Below are positions 27,309-36,937 of a stretch of DNA of 63,842 nt, in pieces (within the stretch, counting starts at the first letter, position 1; each line of letters begins with the position of its first letter). The stretch is taken from positions 1 to 63,842 of the forward strand of contig DAIDAY010000002.1 of NCBI GenBank assembly GCA_027310365.1. Reading direction: 5' to 3'. A model generated the notes under the pieces. It saw nothing but the letters and a program-made list of their open reading frames with translations, did no database searches and was not told the DNA's origin. Origin of the DNA: a bacterium. GTDB taxonomy: Bacteria; Patescibacteriota; Minisyncoccia; UBA6257; GWB1-50-10. The translations under genes were made by a program, and so were the position numbers.

Positions 27309-28370
27309 ATGCTTCTCTCATACATGGAGCAGAAGGCAGAAGGAATAAATCTCGGATTTTGGAAAAAGTTGAAGAAGCCGATTATGGCGATGGCGCCCAT
27401 GGCGAACGTTACGGACGCGGCTTTCCGGCGGATGTTTTCCGAGGTTCGCAAGGCGAACCGAGGAACCCTCCATAGCTTTAGCAGAGGAGGGAGGGGAGGA
27501 AGGTGCGGTCCCGACGTCTTCTGGACGGAATTCGTGTCGGTGGAAGGTCTCCTCTCGGAAGGTCGGGAGAAGCTTTTAATCGATCTTCAATATGGCAAGG
27601 ATGAGCACCCTATCGTCGCGCAGCTTTTTGGCGGGAAGCCGGACCAATTCGAGCGAATAGGAGCATTGATCCGCGACCTCGGCTTCGACGGTCTCGATAT
27701 CAACATGGGGTGCCCTGACAAAGGCGTCGAGAGGTCTGGCGGGGGAGCTGCGCTCATTAAGAACCCCACACTCGCGAAGGAGATCATCCGTGCCGCGAAG
27801 CGCAGCCTCGGCGACTTGCCCGTTTCCGTCAAAACCCGCATCGGATACCGGAAGAACGAGATCGAAACCTGGGTGCCGGCGCTTCTCGAAGAAAATATCG
27901 CAGCTTTGATCGTCCATTTCCGGACGCGGAATGAAATGTCGAAAGTCCCGGCGCACTGGAACCTCGCGCCGAAGATCGTGGAGATGCGGGATCGGATCGC
28001 GCCAAAAACGCTTCTCTTGGGGAATGGAGATATTGCGTCTCTCGATGAGGCAAAGCAGCGCGCAAAAGAAACCAGCCTCGATGGTATGATGGTGGGGCGC
28101 GGCGTTTTCGGGAATCCGTGGTTTTTCTCGGGGTACACGCCGAGCGTGAAAGAAAAGCTTGAACGCTTGGTCAATCACACGGAACTTTTCGAGAGGCTTT
28201 ATAAAAGTGACCAGCCCGTGAGATTAAAGAACTTCGAAGTCATGAAGAAACACTTTAAGGCATACGTTTCCGGTTTCGACGGCGCAAAAGAGTTGCGCAT
28301 CGAACTTATGAAAGCGAAAAATGCCGATGATGTCCGGCGGATAATTAAGCGGCTCCTGAGGGGAATCTAG
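27309..28370 (+). CDS. dus: tRNA-dihydrouridine synthase
   Basis: APMANVTD.AFR, TEFVS, DINMGCP, SVKTRIG, H.RT, GNGDI, GRG.FGNPW; start may be 27324. Confidence 0.95.
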   Translation: MLLSYMEQKAEGINLGFWKKLKKPIMAMAPMANVTDAAFRRMFSEVRKANRGTLHSFSRGGRGGRCGPDVFWTEFVSVEGLLSEGREKLLIDLQYGKDEHPIVAQLFGGKPDQFERIGALIRDLGFDGLDINMGCPDKGVERSGGGAALIKNPTLAKEIIRAAKRSLGDLPVSVKTRIGYRKNEIETWVPALLEENIAALIVHFRTRNEMSKVPAHWNLAPKIVEMRDRIAPKTLLLGNGDIASLDEAKQRAKETSLDGMMVGRGVFGNPWFFSGYTPSVKEKLERLVNHTELFERLYKSDQPVRLKNFEVMKKHFKAYVSGFDGAKELRIELMKAKNADDVRRIIKRLLRGI

Positions 28371-28570
28371 CTTGCAGTGGCGGGAGGAATCAAACAACGA
28401 CCATCCGCTCTGCGGCAGATTGTCGTTCTAACACCCCTCGGTTTAGTACCTGCCTGCGCAGGCAGGTTTCCGCCGAGGGAGACCAACGCGTTCTCTCTTC
28501 GCCAACTCCTGTTCAAATCCTTCCCAGAAACCAAAACAAGACAATACAAGGCCGTCTCCTTTTGGTTTTG

Positions 28571-28657
28571 CGGAGGGTACAGGATTTGAACCTGTGAGGG
28601 GATTTCTCCCCAAGCGCATTTCGAGTGCGCCGCACTAGACCACTATGCGAACCCTCC
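28571..28657 (-). tRNA. tRNA-Ser(CGA)
   Basis: GGAGGGT acceptor stem, GCGCA-CT CGA AA-TGCGC, long variable arm, GTTCAAATC; CCA not encoded. Confidence 0.93.
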
Positions 28658-28686
28658 GTTATTTTCCATGAACAGAAGTTGGTATG

Positions 28687-28759
28687 TGCCCCCGGACGGA
28701 ATTGAACCATCATCATCCCCTTAGGACGGGGCCGCTACTGTCCGTTGAGCTACGGGGGC
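28687..28759 (-). tRNA. tRNA-Arg(CCT), atypical D and anticodon arms
   Basis: GCCCCCG/CGGGGGC acceptor, CCCC-GT CCT AA-GGGG, GGTTCAATTCC. Confidence 0.8.
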
Positions 28760-28940
28760 AAGATTTACCCACTCGCCGTCTCTTCATAGATACTATCGAT
28801 TTAAGAGCTTGTCAATTGGACCATTACGACTTTCTTGATGGGGATGCCGGCGTGGGGGTTATCATCAGAGCACTGCACCTTTCCAATATATCCCGCCATT
28901 CATTTACTAACCCCTGAGTATCGTAAGGAGGTGAATCGCA

Positions 28941-29312
28941 ATGCTGTCTCAAGACAAGCAACGCGATATTGTCACTGAAGCTCTTCGTCATCTCGGAAGA
29001 GAATATGATCGGGTACATTTCAACTGCCTCACGTTCGTGCGACTGGTGTATGAGAACGTTGGCCTCAAACTTCCCCCGCTTCGACTCAATATTCTGCCCT
29101 CTCAATTGACCAACCCACCAGTTGGCTTCATGCTGTATCTGAAACACAAGACCGCATCGAAGGATCGAAGATTCACTCATGTAGCCATTGTTTTGGATAA
29201 CTGCACCTGCATCCATTGTTCAAAGTTTTTCGGGAACGCAGTCGTCATAACAGAATACGAGAAACTCTTTGAGATGTACGACCTGGCCATGGAGCAAACC
29301 GGATCGGGATAA
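28941..29312 (+). CDS. NlpC/P60-like protein
   Basis: A...LG..Y...FNC..FV..VY...G..LP, HVAI, IH; SD AAGGAGGTGA. Confidence 0.75.
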   Translation: MLSQDKQRDIVTEALRHLGREYDRVHFNCLTFVRLVYENVGLKLPPLRLNILPSQLTNPPVGFMLYLKHKTASKDRRFTHVAIVLDNCTCIHCSKFFGNAVVITEYEKLFEMYDLAMEQTGSG

Positions 29313-29791
29313 TATCGCTTTTTAATGGAAGTATCGGAACTACTTCCATTTTTATTCTCATTTTAATGAGCAAAGCTTAACACTCCATCTTTTTCCAAAG
29401 AAATAAGAGACCCCCCCAAAGGTCTCTTAAGTTATGTACAGCGGGCTGCACCCGTCTCCAATCTTCAGTTGGTGCCACTTCCTGGGTAAACAACTTTACA
29501 GTGGTCCCAGCAATGACTGAAGAAGTGGAGAGGGCTCGAGAATTATTTGTGATCAACAAAGAAACCCGGTTAGACAACTCTCAATACAACATCGAAGATT
29601 TCATCGAGGCCTGCTTGCGTTACCACGAAAATGACAGTAATATAGCTGTTGGGAAATTGAAGGAAGAAAAATAGTGAAGCTCTCCGCCTTCAAGCACGGG
29701 AGCTTCCCGGAAGCGGAATACGAGATTCGGGATGCCATCCGTTCATTCCTGCCGCACGGCGGCGGGGCTTTCCGGGCGGGGCTGGCAAAAC

Positions 29792-29863
29792 GCACTCTTA
29801 GCTCAGTGGTAGAGCGTTCCCTTGACATGGGAAAGGCCGGGAGTTCGATCCTTCCAGGGTGCA
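29792..29863 (+). tRNA. tRNA-Val(GAC)
   Basis: TAGCTCAGTGGTAGAGC, TTCCC-TT GAC AT-GGGAA, GTTCGATC. Confidence 0.93.
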
Positions 29864-29982
29864 CACAGATAGGATAAAAGATTCTCTTCGTGATTTTTTC
29901 ACATCAGCAGGGAAATGGGTAGCGCGAGAATCCGTTGACTCCGCATGCAAGCAGGGCTTCCTTCGGGGTATGGCCGAAGGCT

Positions 29983-30486
29983 CTAGAACCCTACCCATTC
30001 AATCAGCGTTTCAAGGAGTGTTTCTTCATACTCGCCCTCGTGAACACTCTTTCCTTCAAGAAATTTTTTTACCTCTCCCTCGATACCCTCCGCGAGGGGA
30101 ATTTTCAGATAAGGATTGGCGATCGCTTTCTTTTTCAATACCAGGATAGCGCTGCGGTGCGGCTTCGGCACAATGGCGAAGCCGCTTATGTCGGCATAGC
30201 GGTAAACCGTTTCGGAGTCGCCGATTTTGAATCCTTCACTGCTCAGTTTGAATTTCACGTTTTCCGGCTTTCGCTCACCGAGGTAGACGACCATGATGCC
30301 GCTGATAACCAGAAAAACGAAAAAAAAGAAATTCTTCTTCAGCAGCGCGAAAAGAATTATCAAGAAGAAAGCAACGGCGAAGATGGAATACCACCCTGCG
30401 CCTTTCGCCGAATAATTGAATTCGGGAGCTTCCCAAACTATTTCATTTTTTTCTGTCGCGTACATGTAAGCCCCGAGGGGAATCAA
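29983..30486 (-). CDS. Conserved CPR 2-TM membrane protein (DUF5673-like)
   Basis: W.APEF....K...W, two TM helices, PH-like tail; start probably 30465. Confidence 0.7.
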   Translation of the reverse strand: MIPLGAYMYATEKNEIVWEAPEFNYSAKGAGWYSIFAVAFFLIILFALLKKNFFFFVFLVISGIMVVYLGERKPENVKFKLSSEGFKIGDSETVYRYADISGFAIVPKPHRSAILVLKKKAIANPYLKIPLAEGIEGEVKKFLEGKSVHEGEYEETLLETLIEWVGF

Positions 30487-30538
30487 ACTCCTGTTTACGC
30501 GCTGCTGTGTTCCCCGCTTAAGTTAGACGATAAACTCT

Positions 30539-30616
30539 TGGTAGCCTCAATGGGATTCGAACCCATGTTACCGCCGTGAAAGGGCGATGTCCTGGACCGG
30601 GCTAGACGATGAGGCC
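30539..30616 (-). tRNA. tRNA-Glu(TTC)
   Basis: TCGTCTAG...AGGAC, TCGCC-CT TTC AC-GGCGG, GGTTCGAATCCC, encoded CCA. Confidence 0.95.
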
Positions 30617-30916
30617 ATTCTCACTCGATCTGAAGTAAGCGGAGTACTCATCATGTACAAACAGTATAAAGCTTTTTTGAGCTTCTGAAAAGAGACGGAT
30701 TTTCCGAGAGGGTTCGTCGAACGGAACAGTGGGCGGCCAACGTATTTTACGTTACCACAATGATTTTTTTCTGGGTCATGGTTTTCCGTGAACCAGAACC
30801 TTGCCCAACAGGCAAATCTGAAGGTATCCATCGCCGCTTCAAGGGATGTTTTCGGCTTCTCTCAAGATGCGGATGGATGCCGCCCGCTGTTTATAATCGT
30901 AATTGAGCAGGGAGGG

Positions 30917-31918
30917 CTATATGCCGCACCCGCTTTGCTGCCGCGGCTGGGCCGGCTGGCCGGCGCCGATGCCGCAGCTGCTTCCGCTGCTCTGCCCGCG
31001 TGGCTGGCCGACTTGGGCGGAAACAAGCGCGTATCCCGCAGCGCTTGAATAATCGGCCCCAAGCACTTCTTGCGGATTGATGTCTTTCCAATCGATGCCC
31101 TTATTTTTCAGGTATGTCGCGATAGTAAGATAGACATCGGGGAACCAGTAAGAATTGGCGGCAAGAGCTGCTTTCCACATCTGTTCTTCGGTTGCGCCTT
31201 GAGATGCCATGAGTTCCAGGAGACCCAGCATCGCCATGCCGTGGTTGCAGTCCGGGAAATGTGTTGAATTGCCGCAACAGGGGCGGTAGATGCCTCTTGA
31301 GATCTTATCGACAAGGGCTTGCTGTTCCGGTGTCAGCGTAAAGAACGAATGACGGCTGTAGTGATCCATTGCGCTGCCTTTGGCGATCGTCCAGCCGCCG
31401 GTCGCGGCGAAATTTTGCGTGCCGCCGTACTTCGGGTCGACCATTTCTCCGGATTCCAGTATTGGGTTTTTCTGGGCGAGACCGAGCGCCCAGAACAGGT
31501 TGAGGAGATAGCCGGCGTTGTCCTGCGTGATTTTTATTTTGCCGTCGTTTTTGCCCAGCAACAAATTGTTGTCTTCGTCGGTGAATGCGCCTCTCTGTTC
31601 GTAGATCGCCCTGAATTGACCGGCGTCAATCGCGCCTGCGCTCACGAGTTGCGCGCCGAGGTTGCCCCACGTGGCCGGCAGAACGACGCCCGCCGAGGGC
31701 ACGACGCTTTCCTCCAGTTCAGATCCCCGCACTCCCTGCGGAGAAGTCGGCGAAGTCGCCTGCCGTTGGGGCGTGTTCCGGAGTCCGGTGGTGTACACCC
31801 ATGCGCCGGCGATTATGGCCGTCGAGACAAGAATGCTCGCCGGGAGCAAATAATCTCTTTTGGATTTTGCGGCCGGCGGAGCATCTTTGCCTATTTCATT
31901 TCGCGTTTCTTCTTCCAT
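30917..31918 (-). CDS. Uncharacterised membrane-anchored protein with YRPCC.N...DCNHG motif
   Basis: IYRPCCGNSTHFPDCNHGMAMLG and C-terminal GCGI; paralog of 58556-60217. Confidence 0.8.
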   Translation of the reverse strand: MEEETRNEIGKDAPPAAKSKRDYLLPASILVSTAIIAGAWVYTTGLRNTPQRQATSPTSPQGVRGSELEESVVPSAGVVLPATWGNLGAQLVSAGAIDAGQFRAIYEQRGAFTDEDNNLLLGKNDGKIKITQDNAGYLLNLFWALGLAQKNPILESGEMVDPKYGGTQNFAATGGWTIAKGSAMDHYSRHSFFTLTPEQQALVDKISRGIYRPCCGNSTHFPDCNHGMAMLGLLELMASQGATEEQMWKAALAANSYWFPDVYLTIATYLKNKGIDWKDINPQEVLGADYSSAAGYALVSAQVGQPRGQSSGSSCGIGAGQPAQPRQQSGCGI

Positions 31919-31923
31919 GGCTC

Positions 31924-32556
31924 TTATTTTAGTTTTGCGACTTCAGCGGCCAACTGATCGTTCCGGATGCCCATTTGCGGATCGTCGAGAACATACCTGA
32001 CTATCCCTCCTTTATCCATGAGCACGAAGGTGTGTCCTGGGAGCGATCCCGGGTGCATGGAAGACGGCATTCCCAGCATGTTGAATTTATTCGAAACCGC
32101 CGCTCCTGTGTCAAAGACTACGGTCGCTTGAGCCAGTTCCGGCATTTTATCGATTGCTTTCTGCCAGTCTTCTTTTGCGTCGACCAGCACTGTCAGAACG
32201 ACGGTGTCAGCCGTCCTGAACCGATCGTCTTTTGCTAAGGCGACGATTTGATTCCAGCATGCCGGATAGCACATCAACCCTTCGCTGAAGAAGAGAATGA
32301 CGTTTTTGCCGCGCAGGCTGTCGGATGAGTACGTGTTCCCGTTGCGATCAGCAAGCGAGAACGGCGGCGATTGTTTTCCCATCAAACCATTCAGGAACGC
32401 AAGCGAAGTATTTTGCTCCGCGTTGGCATGCATGGGATCGGCTGCCGAAGCGCCGGCCGGCGCACTGGTCTTGTTCCGGCCGCCGAAGTAAAACAGCGCG
32501 GCTACGATGAAGACCGCAACTGCAACGAATACTATTATTTTTGTGTTATTTTTCAT
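31924..32556 (-). CDS. Membrane-anchored AhpC/TSA (redoxin) protein
   Basis: P.FSL.D..G, LRGK.V.L.F, CYPAC. Confidence 0.8.
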   Translation of the reverse strand: MKNNTKIIVFVAVAVFIVAALFYFGGRNKTSAPAGASAADPMHANAEQNTSLAFLNGLMGKQSPPFSLADRNGNTYSSDSLRGKNVILFFSEGLMCYPACWNQIVALAKDDRFRTADTVVLTVLVDAKEDWQKAIDKMPELAQATVVFDTGAAVSNKFNMLGMPSSMHPGSLPGHTFVLMDKGGIVRYVLDDPQMGIRNDQLAAEVAKLK

Positions 32557-33445
32557 GTTGTTTTTTGTCCTCCGGAGCCTCTTCGACGGCGGAGGATTTC
32601 AATTGGCGTATCGCTTTTTTTACGATGAGAATGATCACCCCGATGAGGAGAATCGCCCAGACATATTCAGGTACGATCGTTATGAAGCCGTTGACCGAGT
32701 TCGAAATCCTGGTGAGAAATATGTTTACGCTTATCTGGCTCCCTGCATGGACAAACAGCCGATTCATCAGAGCCAAATAGAGAATCAATATCCCCATCGC
32801 CAAGAAGATGATCCCTGAGATGGCTTCGGAGACGGCGATGTCGATTTTTTTGTTGCCCAACGGGTATGCAATCCGTTTTTGGAACGTTCTCCTCAGCTTC
32901 TGTGCGACGCCAGTCTTATCTGCGACGAGAGAAAGGAGGAATAGGGGAGCGACCATGCCGAACACGTAGCTCAAGGTATAAACTCCTCCCCACACTATCG
33001 ATCCGGGAAGAATCGCGAGCGCCAGAACGCCGGCTAATACCGGCGCGCAGCAAGCGGAAGCGATGCCGGAAAAAACACCGAGAACGAAAACCGAGAACGC
33101 GTTGTGCTTCTTCAGAGTCGGGTTGACCCGAAACGGCAGCGGGAAGCGCTTGCCAGTAAGCAGAATCAGTCCCAGCAAGATTAAGAACAAGCTGCCGGCG
33201 GCGAAAATCGCGTTGTGGTAGCTGCTCACGAACTGGCCGAGCGCGGCGGCCCCGAGACCTATCGGCAGAAATACGGCGAGGATTCCCAAGAAAAACAGGA
33301 AAGTCATCAGGAACACTTTATACCGCTCCCGAAAGATAGAAGCGAAATACGCGGGCAAAAGCACCGTGATGCAGCACGGCGCAAAGAGCGCTGCTGCTCC
33401 AGCGATGAATGCCGCTATGATTGATGCACTGAGCAATAATTCCAT
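32546..33445 (-). CDS. CcdA/DsbD-beta thiol-disulfide transporter
   Basis: AF.AG...F.PCC...LPAY and SACCAPVL in a multi-TM protein. Confidence 0.82.
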   Translation of the reverse strand: MELLLSASIIAAFIAGAAALFAPCCITVLLPAYFASIFRERYKVFLMTFLFFLGILAVFLPIGLGAAALGQFVSSYHNAIFAAGSLFLILLGLILLTGKRFPLPFRVNPTLKKHNAFSVFVLGVFSGIASACCAPVLAGVLALAILPGSIVWGGVYTLSYVFGMVAPLFLLSLVADKTGVAQKLRRTFQKRIAYPLGNKKIDIAVSEAISGIIFLAMGILILYLALMNRLFVHAGSQISVNIFLTRISNSVNGFITIVPEYVWAILLIGVIILIVKKAIRQLKSSAVEEAPEDKKQHEK

Positions 33446-33521
33446 AATGTTCGTTCTGTAAATCTATAAAAGCAAAAACCCGCCAGGTCGTTCGGCGGGT
33501 GCATGGACCTCGGATCAATCC

Positions 33522-34037
33522 TCAGTTCTCCCCGGCTGGACCCCGCTCAGCAGTCCATCTCTCCGCGAATCGGAGAGCTTTCTGCGGAATGGACCGGGAA
33601 CAGCCATGCACCCTTTGCGGTGCATGCGGATATTTTTTTTCGCGTAAGGCAATCCAGCGCAAAAGCCATCGTTTTGACGGATAAAGCTCCGGGTCGTCGC
33701 GCCGGCATCTCCCGCGAGAAGAAATTTGCAGCGGCGACGTTCTCTGCGCCACCGGCCCGAAAAGCGGGGATGCGGCGATCAATAAGACAAAAAGCGCCAG
33801 GAACGAGGCGCCGGCGCTCACCGCGCTTTGCGCAAAATTTTGCAGTCCGGAAATATGATGAAACGCCTCGGCGAGAGGGCCGCTGTTGGCGAACGGCGCG
33901 CAATTGTCACTCGACAGCGCGGAAAGAGGGCAGGAATGCCGGCCATTATAATTCGCCATGCTGATCCCGAATACTCCAAACAAGCCAACGGCTACCAAGC
34001 TGGCGACAACTACGACGGCAATGATTCCCGATCGCAT
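33522..34037 (-). CDS. Hypothetical 2-TM Cys/His protein heading the module
   Basis: TM, CP...C...HHI, TM; upstream TTGAAA...TGCTAAAAT promoter; 3' end uncertain. Confidence 0.5.
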   Translation of the reverse strand: MRSGIIAVVVVASLVAVGLFGVFGISMANYNGRHSCPLSALSSDNCAPFANSGPLAEAFHHISGLQNFAQSAVSAGASFLALFVLLIAASPLFGPVAQRTSPLQISSRGRCRRDDPELYPSKRWLLRWIALREKKYPHAPQRVHGCSRSIPQKALRFAERWTAERGPAGEN

Positions 34038-34148
34038 GGCATTGTCATTTTAGCATAGACCAATCACAATTTTCAATTGCGCCCGCCGGAAGTTCCCGCC
34101 GCGCCGAAGCCCGGCGGCGAAGCGCGGGAGACAGGGTGGATGCGGGGG

Positions 34149-36542
34149 CTATGAGCGCAAGCGGGGTTCCACGCGCTTTAAGAGAACCGCGTTCGTCGCA
34201 ACGATGATTGAAGATGCGGACATGAGGAGCGCGGAGATTTCCGGGCGCAGCGACCAGCCGAGTGCATGGTAGAATACGCCGGCGGCGACTGGAATTGAAA
34301 GCACGTTGTAAACCGCCGCCCAGAAAAGATTCTGTTTCATTTTGACAACGGTAGCCTTGCTCAAGCGGATTGCCGCTACGATATCGTAGGGATCGGATTT
34401 CATGAGCACAATATTGCCGGTTTCGATGGCTACGTCGGTGCCGGCGCCGATGGCGATGCCGATGTCCGCCTGCGCCAGCGCCGGCGCATCATTGATGCCG
34501 TCGCCGACCATCGCCACGAATTTACCCTCGCCCTGGAGTTTCTTGACCCATGTGGCCTTGTCGGCCGGCAAGACATCGGCGAAGACCCGGTCGATGCCGA
34601 GTTGCTCCGCGATCGCCCCGGCGGTGCGTTCGTTGTCGCCGGTAATCATGATGATTTCTATACCGTTCTTGCGAAGCTCCGCAACCGCCCGCTTGGAATT
34701 TTCCCGGGCCGTGTCTGCCACCGCGATTGCTCCAATAATTTCTTTGTCGAGCGCGAGGAGCATCGCCGTCTTCCCCTCGTTCTGCAGCTGCTCCAACTTC
34801 TGCCGCGCCTCGTCGCTCATCGGCACCGCATGCTCCTCCATGAGCCGCTGGTTGCCCAAGAGCACCAAGTGCCCTTCGGTGTCCACTTTGCCCTGCAGCC
34901 CGAAGCCAGGTTCCACTTTGAATTCCGCGACATCCGGCTTATCGGCATTCAGAATATCCGCTTCTTTTTGAATGGCGGCGTCGAGCGGATGAGAGGATTT
35001 TTTGCCCAAACCCGCTGCCAAACCCACGATGAATCCCTTCACGCCGTGGCCGGCGACCGCTTCGAATCGAGAAACGTTCAGCAGTTCGAGACTTTCTCTC
35101 GATGCTTTGTCCACGATCGTCTTGGCCAGCGGGTGTTCGGAGTGCTTTTCGATTGAGGCGGCAATGCGCAGGATCTCGGCTTGTACATTCTGGCTCTTCG
35201 CCTCGATGAACGAGGTGACATCCGTTACCGCCGGCTCTCCCTTGGTCAGCGTTCCGGTTTTATCCAGGATCATCGCGTCGATTTTGGAGGTTTTCTCGAG
35301 CGTCGTCGCGTCTTTGATGAGAATATTGTGCTTGGCGCCGAGGCCGGTGCCGACGGCGACCGCGGTCGGCGTGGCAAGGCCCAAGGCATCCGGGCAGGCG
35401 ATGACCACCGTGGAGACGGCGAACGTCAGCGCGGTGATGATGCCGGCGCCGGCGATGAAATACCAGCCGAAGAAAGCGGCGAGCCCTGAACCGATGGCGA
35501 CGATGACCAAGATTCCCGCAGCCTTGTCGGCAATGCGCTGGCCGGGCGCTTTGGAATTCTGGGCGGTTTCCACCATTTTGATGATCTGGGCGAGTACTGT
35601 CTCGCCGCCGACCTTCGTCGCCTTGAATTTGATCGCCCCGCGCTGGTTGATCGAGCCGCCGACGACTTGGCCGCCGACTTTCTTGTGAATCGGCAGGGAT
35701 TCGCCGGTGACCAGGGCTTCGTCGATGTAGGTTTCTCCTTCGATAACTTCGCCGTCGACGGGGATCTTGTTGCCAGGGCGAATGACGACGATGTCGCCTT
35801 TCGCCACTTCGGCGCTGGGGATGGTTACTTCCTTGCCGTCGCGAATGACGGTCGCGTGAGGCGGCACAAGATCGAATAAAGCCCTCAAGGCCTCTGACGT
35901 GCCCCGTCGGGAACGCATTTCCATCCAATGACCAAAGAGCACGAAGGTTACCAGGGCCGCCGCCGCTTCGTAGAATGTCCGTGCGTCCGGTTGCGTGAAG
36001 GTCAGTAACACGCTGAAAAGGTATGCCGCCAGCACGCCGGTGACCACGAGCACCGCCATGTTGAGCCGCCGCGCCTTAAGCGACCAATAAGTTCCGGCGA
36101 TGAAGATCGAGCCGGTCCAGAAAACGACCGGCGTCGTCAGGATAAAGAGGAGCAGGTTGACTGGGATCGGCGATGGCAACGCCAACTGAAGGTATTCGGT
36201 TGCCACTGGCGAATAAAGAAAGATGGGGATGAGGAGAAGAAACGAAATCCAAAACCTGCGCCGCATGTCGGCTTCCATTTTCTTCGCCATCCTCGGGTCG
36301 GTCATCGCCGCTTCGTGATCTTTATGGCTCATCTCCGAGGCGTCGTGCGTGCCGTGTTCTTGCGCCGCCCCCTCGCCTCTTCTTTCTCTCACGAGTTCCA
36401 TGCCGCAGCCGGGACAGCGGCCGGGCGCCGATTGCCGGACTTCCGGATGCATGGGGCAGGTGTAAACCACCGCCTCTTTTTCGGCGGACGGCGCATCCCT
36501 TCGTGGTGCGTGCTCCTTATGCATGTTGTTGTCATGATTCAT
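34149..36542 (-). CDS. Heavy-metal (Cu-type) P1B ATPase with CPD motif
   Basis: YTCPMHP, TGES, IACPDALGLA, DKTGT, HP, GDGIND, YN, MSASS. Confidence 0.93.
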   Translation of the reverse strand: MNHDNNMHKEHAPRRDAPSAEKEAVVYTCPMHPEVRQSAPGRCPGCGMELVRERRGEGAAQEHGTHDASEMSHKDHEAAMTDPRMAKKMEADMRRRFWISFLLLIPIFLYSPVATEYLQLALPSPIPVNLLLFILTTPVVFWTGSIFIAGTYWSLKARRLNMAVLVVTGVLAAYLFSVLLTFTQPDARTFYEAAAALVTFVLFGHWMEMRSRRGTSEALRALFDLVPPHATVIRDGKEVTIPSAEVAKGDIVVIRPGNKIPVDGEVIEGETYIDEALVTGESLPIHKKVGGQVVGGSINQRGAIKFKATKVGGETVLAQIIKMVETAQNSKAPGQRIADKAAGILVIVAIGSGLAAFFGWYFIAGAGIITALTFAVSTVVIACPDALGLATPTAVAVGTGLGAKHNILIKDATTLEKTSKIDAMILDKTGTLTKGEPAVTDVTSFIEAKSQNVQAEILRIAASIEKHSEHPLAKTIVDKASRESLELLNVSRFEAVAGHGVKGFIVGLAAGLGKKSSHPLDAAIQKEADILNADKPDVAEFKVEPGFGLQGKVDTEGHLVLLGNQRLMEEHAVPMSDEARQKLEQLQNEGKTAMLLALDKEIIGAIAVADTARENSKRAVAELRKNGIEIIMITGDNERTAGAIAEQLGIDRVFADVLPADKATWVKKLQGEGKFVAMVGDGINDAPALAQADIGIAIGAGTDVAIETGNIVLMKSDPYDIVAAIRLSKATVVKMKQNLFWAAVYNVLSIPVAAGVFYHALGWSLRPEISALLMSASSIIVATNAVLLKRVEPRLRS

Positions 36543-36927
36543 GGTTTTGTTTCCTGTATGATACCCCCCCTGGGTATTTTCTGTCAACGGCCAAAGCGAG
36601 CGCCATCGCCAGAAATCCCGATTCTTCCAAAATATCCAGCGGCGCGGCCCGCGCCGCCATCACGCCGACGATCCAGAGTGCAGCCCACACAGCGACGATC
36701 CGCACCTTCACGCCGCCAAATAACAGCATTGCCACCAATGCATCATTGACCCCGATGATCATTGCAAATGTCCCCGTGGATACCGGCACTATACCCGCGA
36801 AGAACGCCCGCTCGATGATTTCGCCGATCTCTTGCGGGGCGAAAAATGCCGCCAGGGAATTCGCCAGGAAGACCAGCGCGAGTCCGATGCGGATGAGAAA
36901 GGGAGGGGAAAAAAATTTATTCATCAT
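36532..36927 (-). CDS. DoxX-like small membrane protein
   Basis: LIRIGLA.VF and four hydrophobic segments. Confidence 0.6.
   Translation of the reverse strand: MMNKFFSPPFLIRIGLALVFLANSLAAFFAPQEIGEIIERAFFAGIVPVSTGTFAMIIGVNDALVAMLLFGGVKVRIVAVWAALWIVGVMAARAAPLDILEESGFLAMALALAVDRKYPGGVSYRKQNHES
36558..36587 (-). promoter_or_regulatory. Promoter with CsoR-type operator
   Basis: TTGACA-18-TATCAT overlapping ATACCCCCCCTGGGTAT. Confidence 0.75.
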
Positions 36928-36937
36928 CGTTGAAAAT

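Noticed and set aside
29513..29674. 53-aa ORF MTEEVERARELF...
   Set aside because: No RBS or recognisable motif; probably a gene remnant
30539..30616. tRNA-Glu as the island integration site
   Set aside because: Its 3' end points away from the island and no duplicate of it was found
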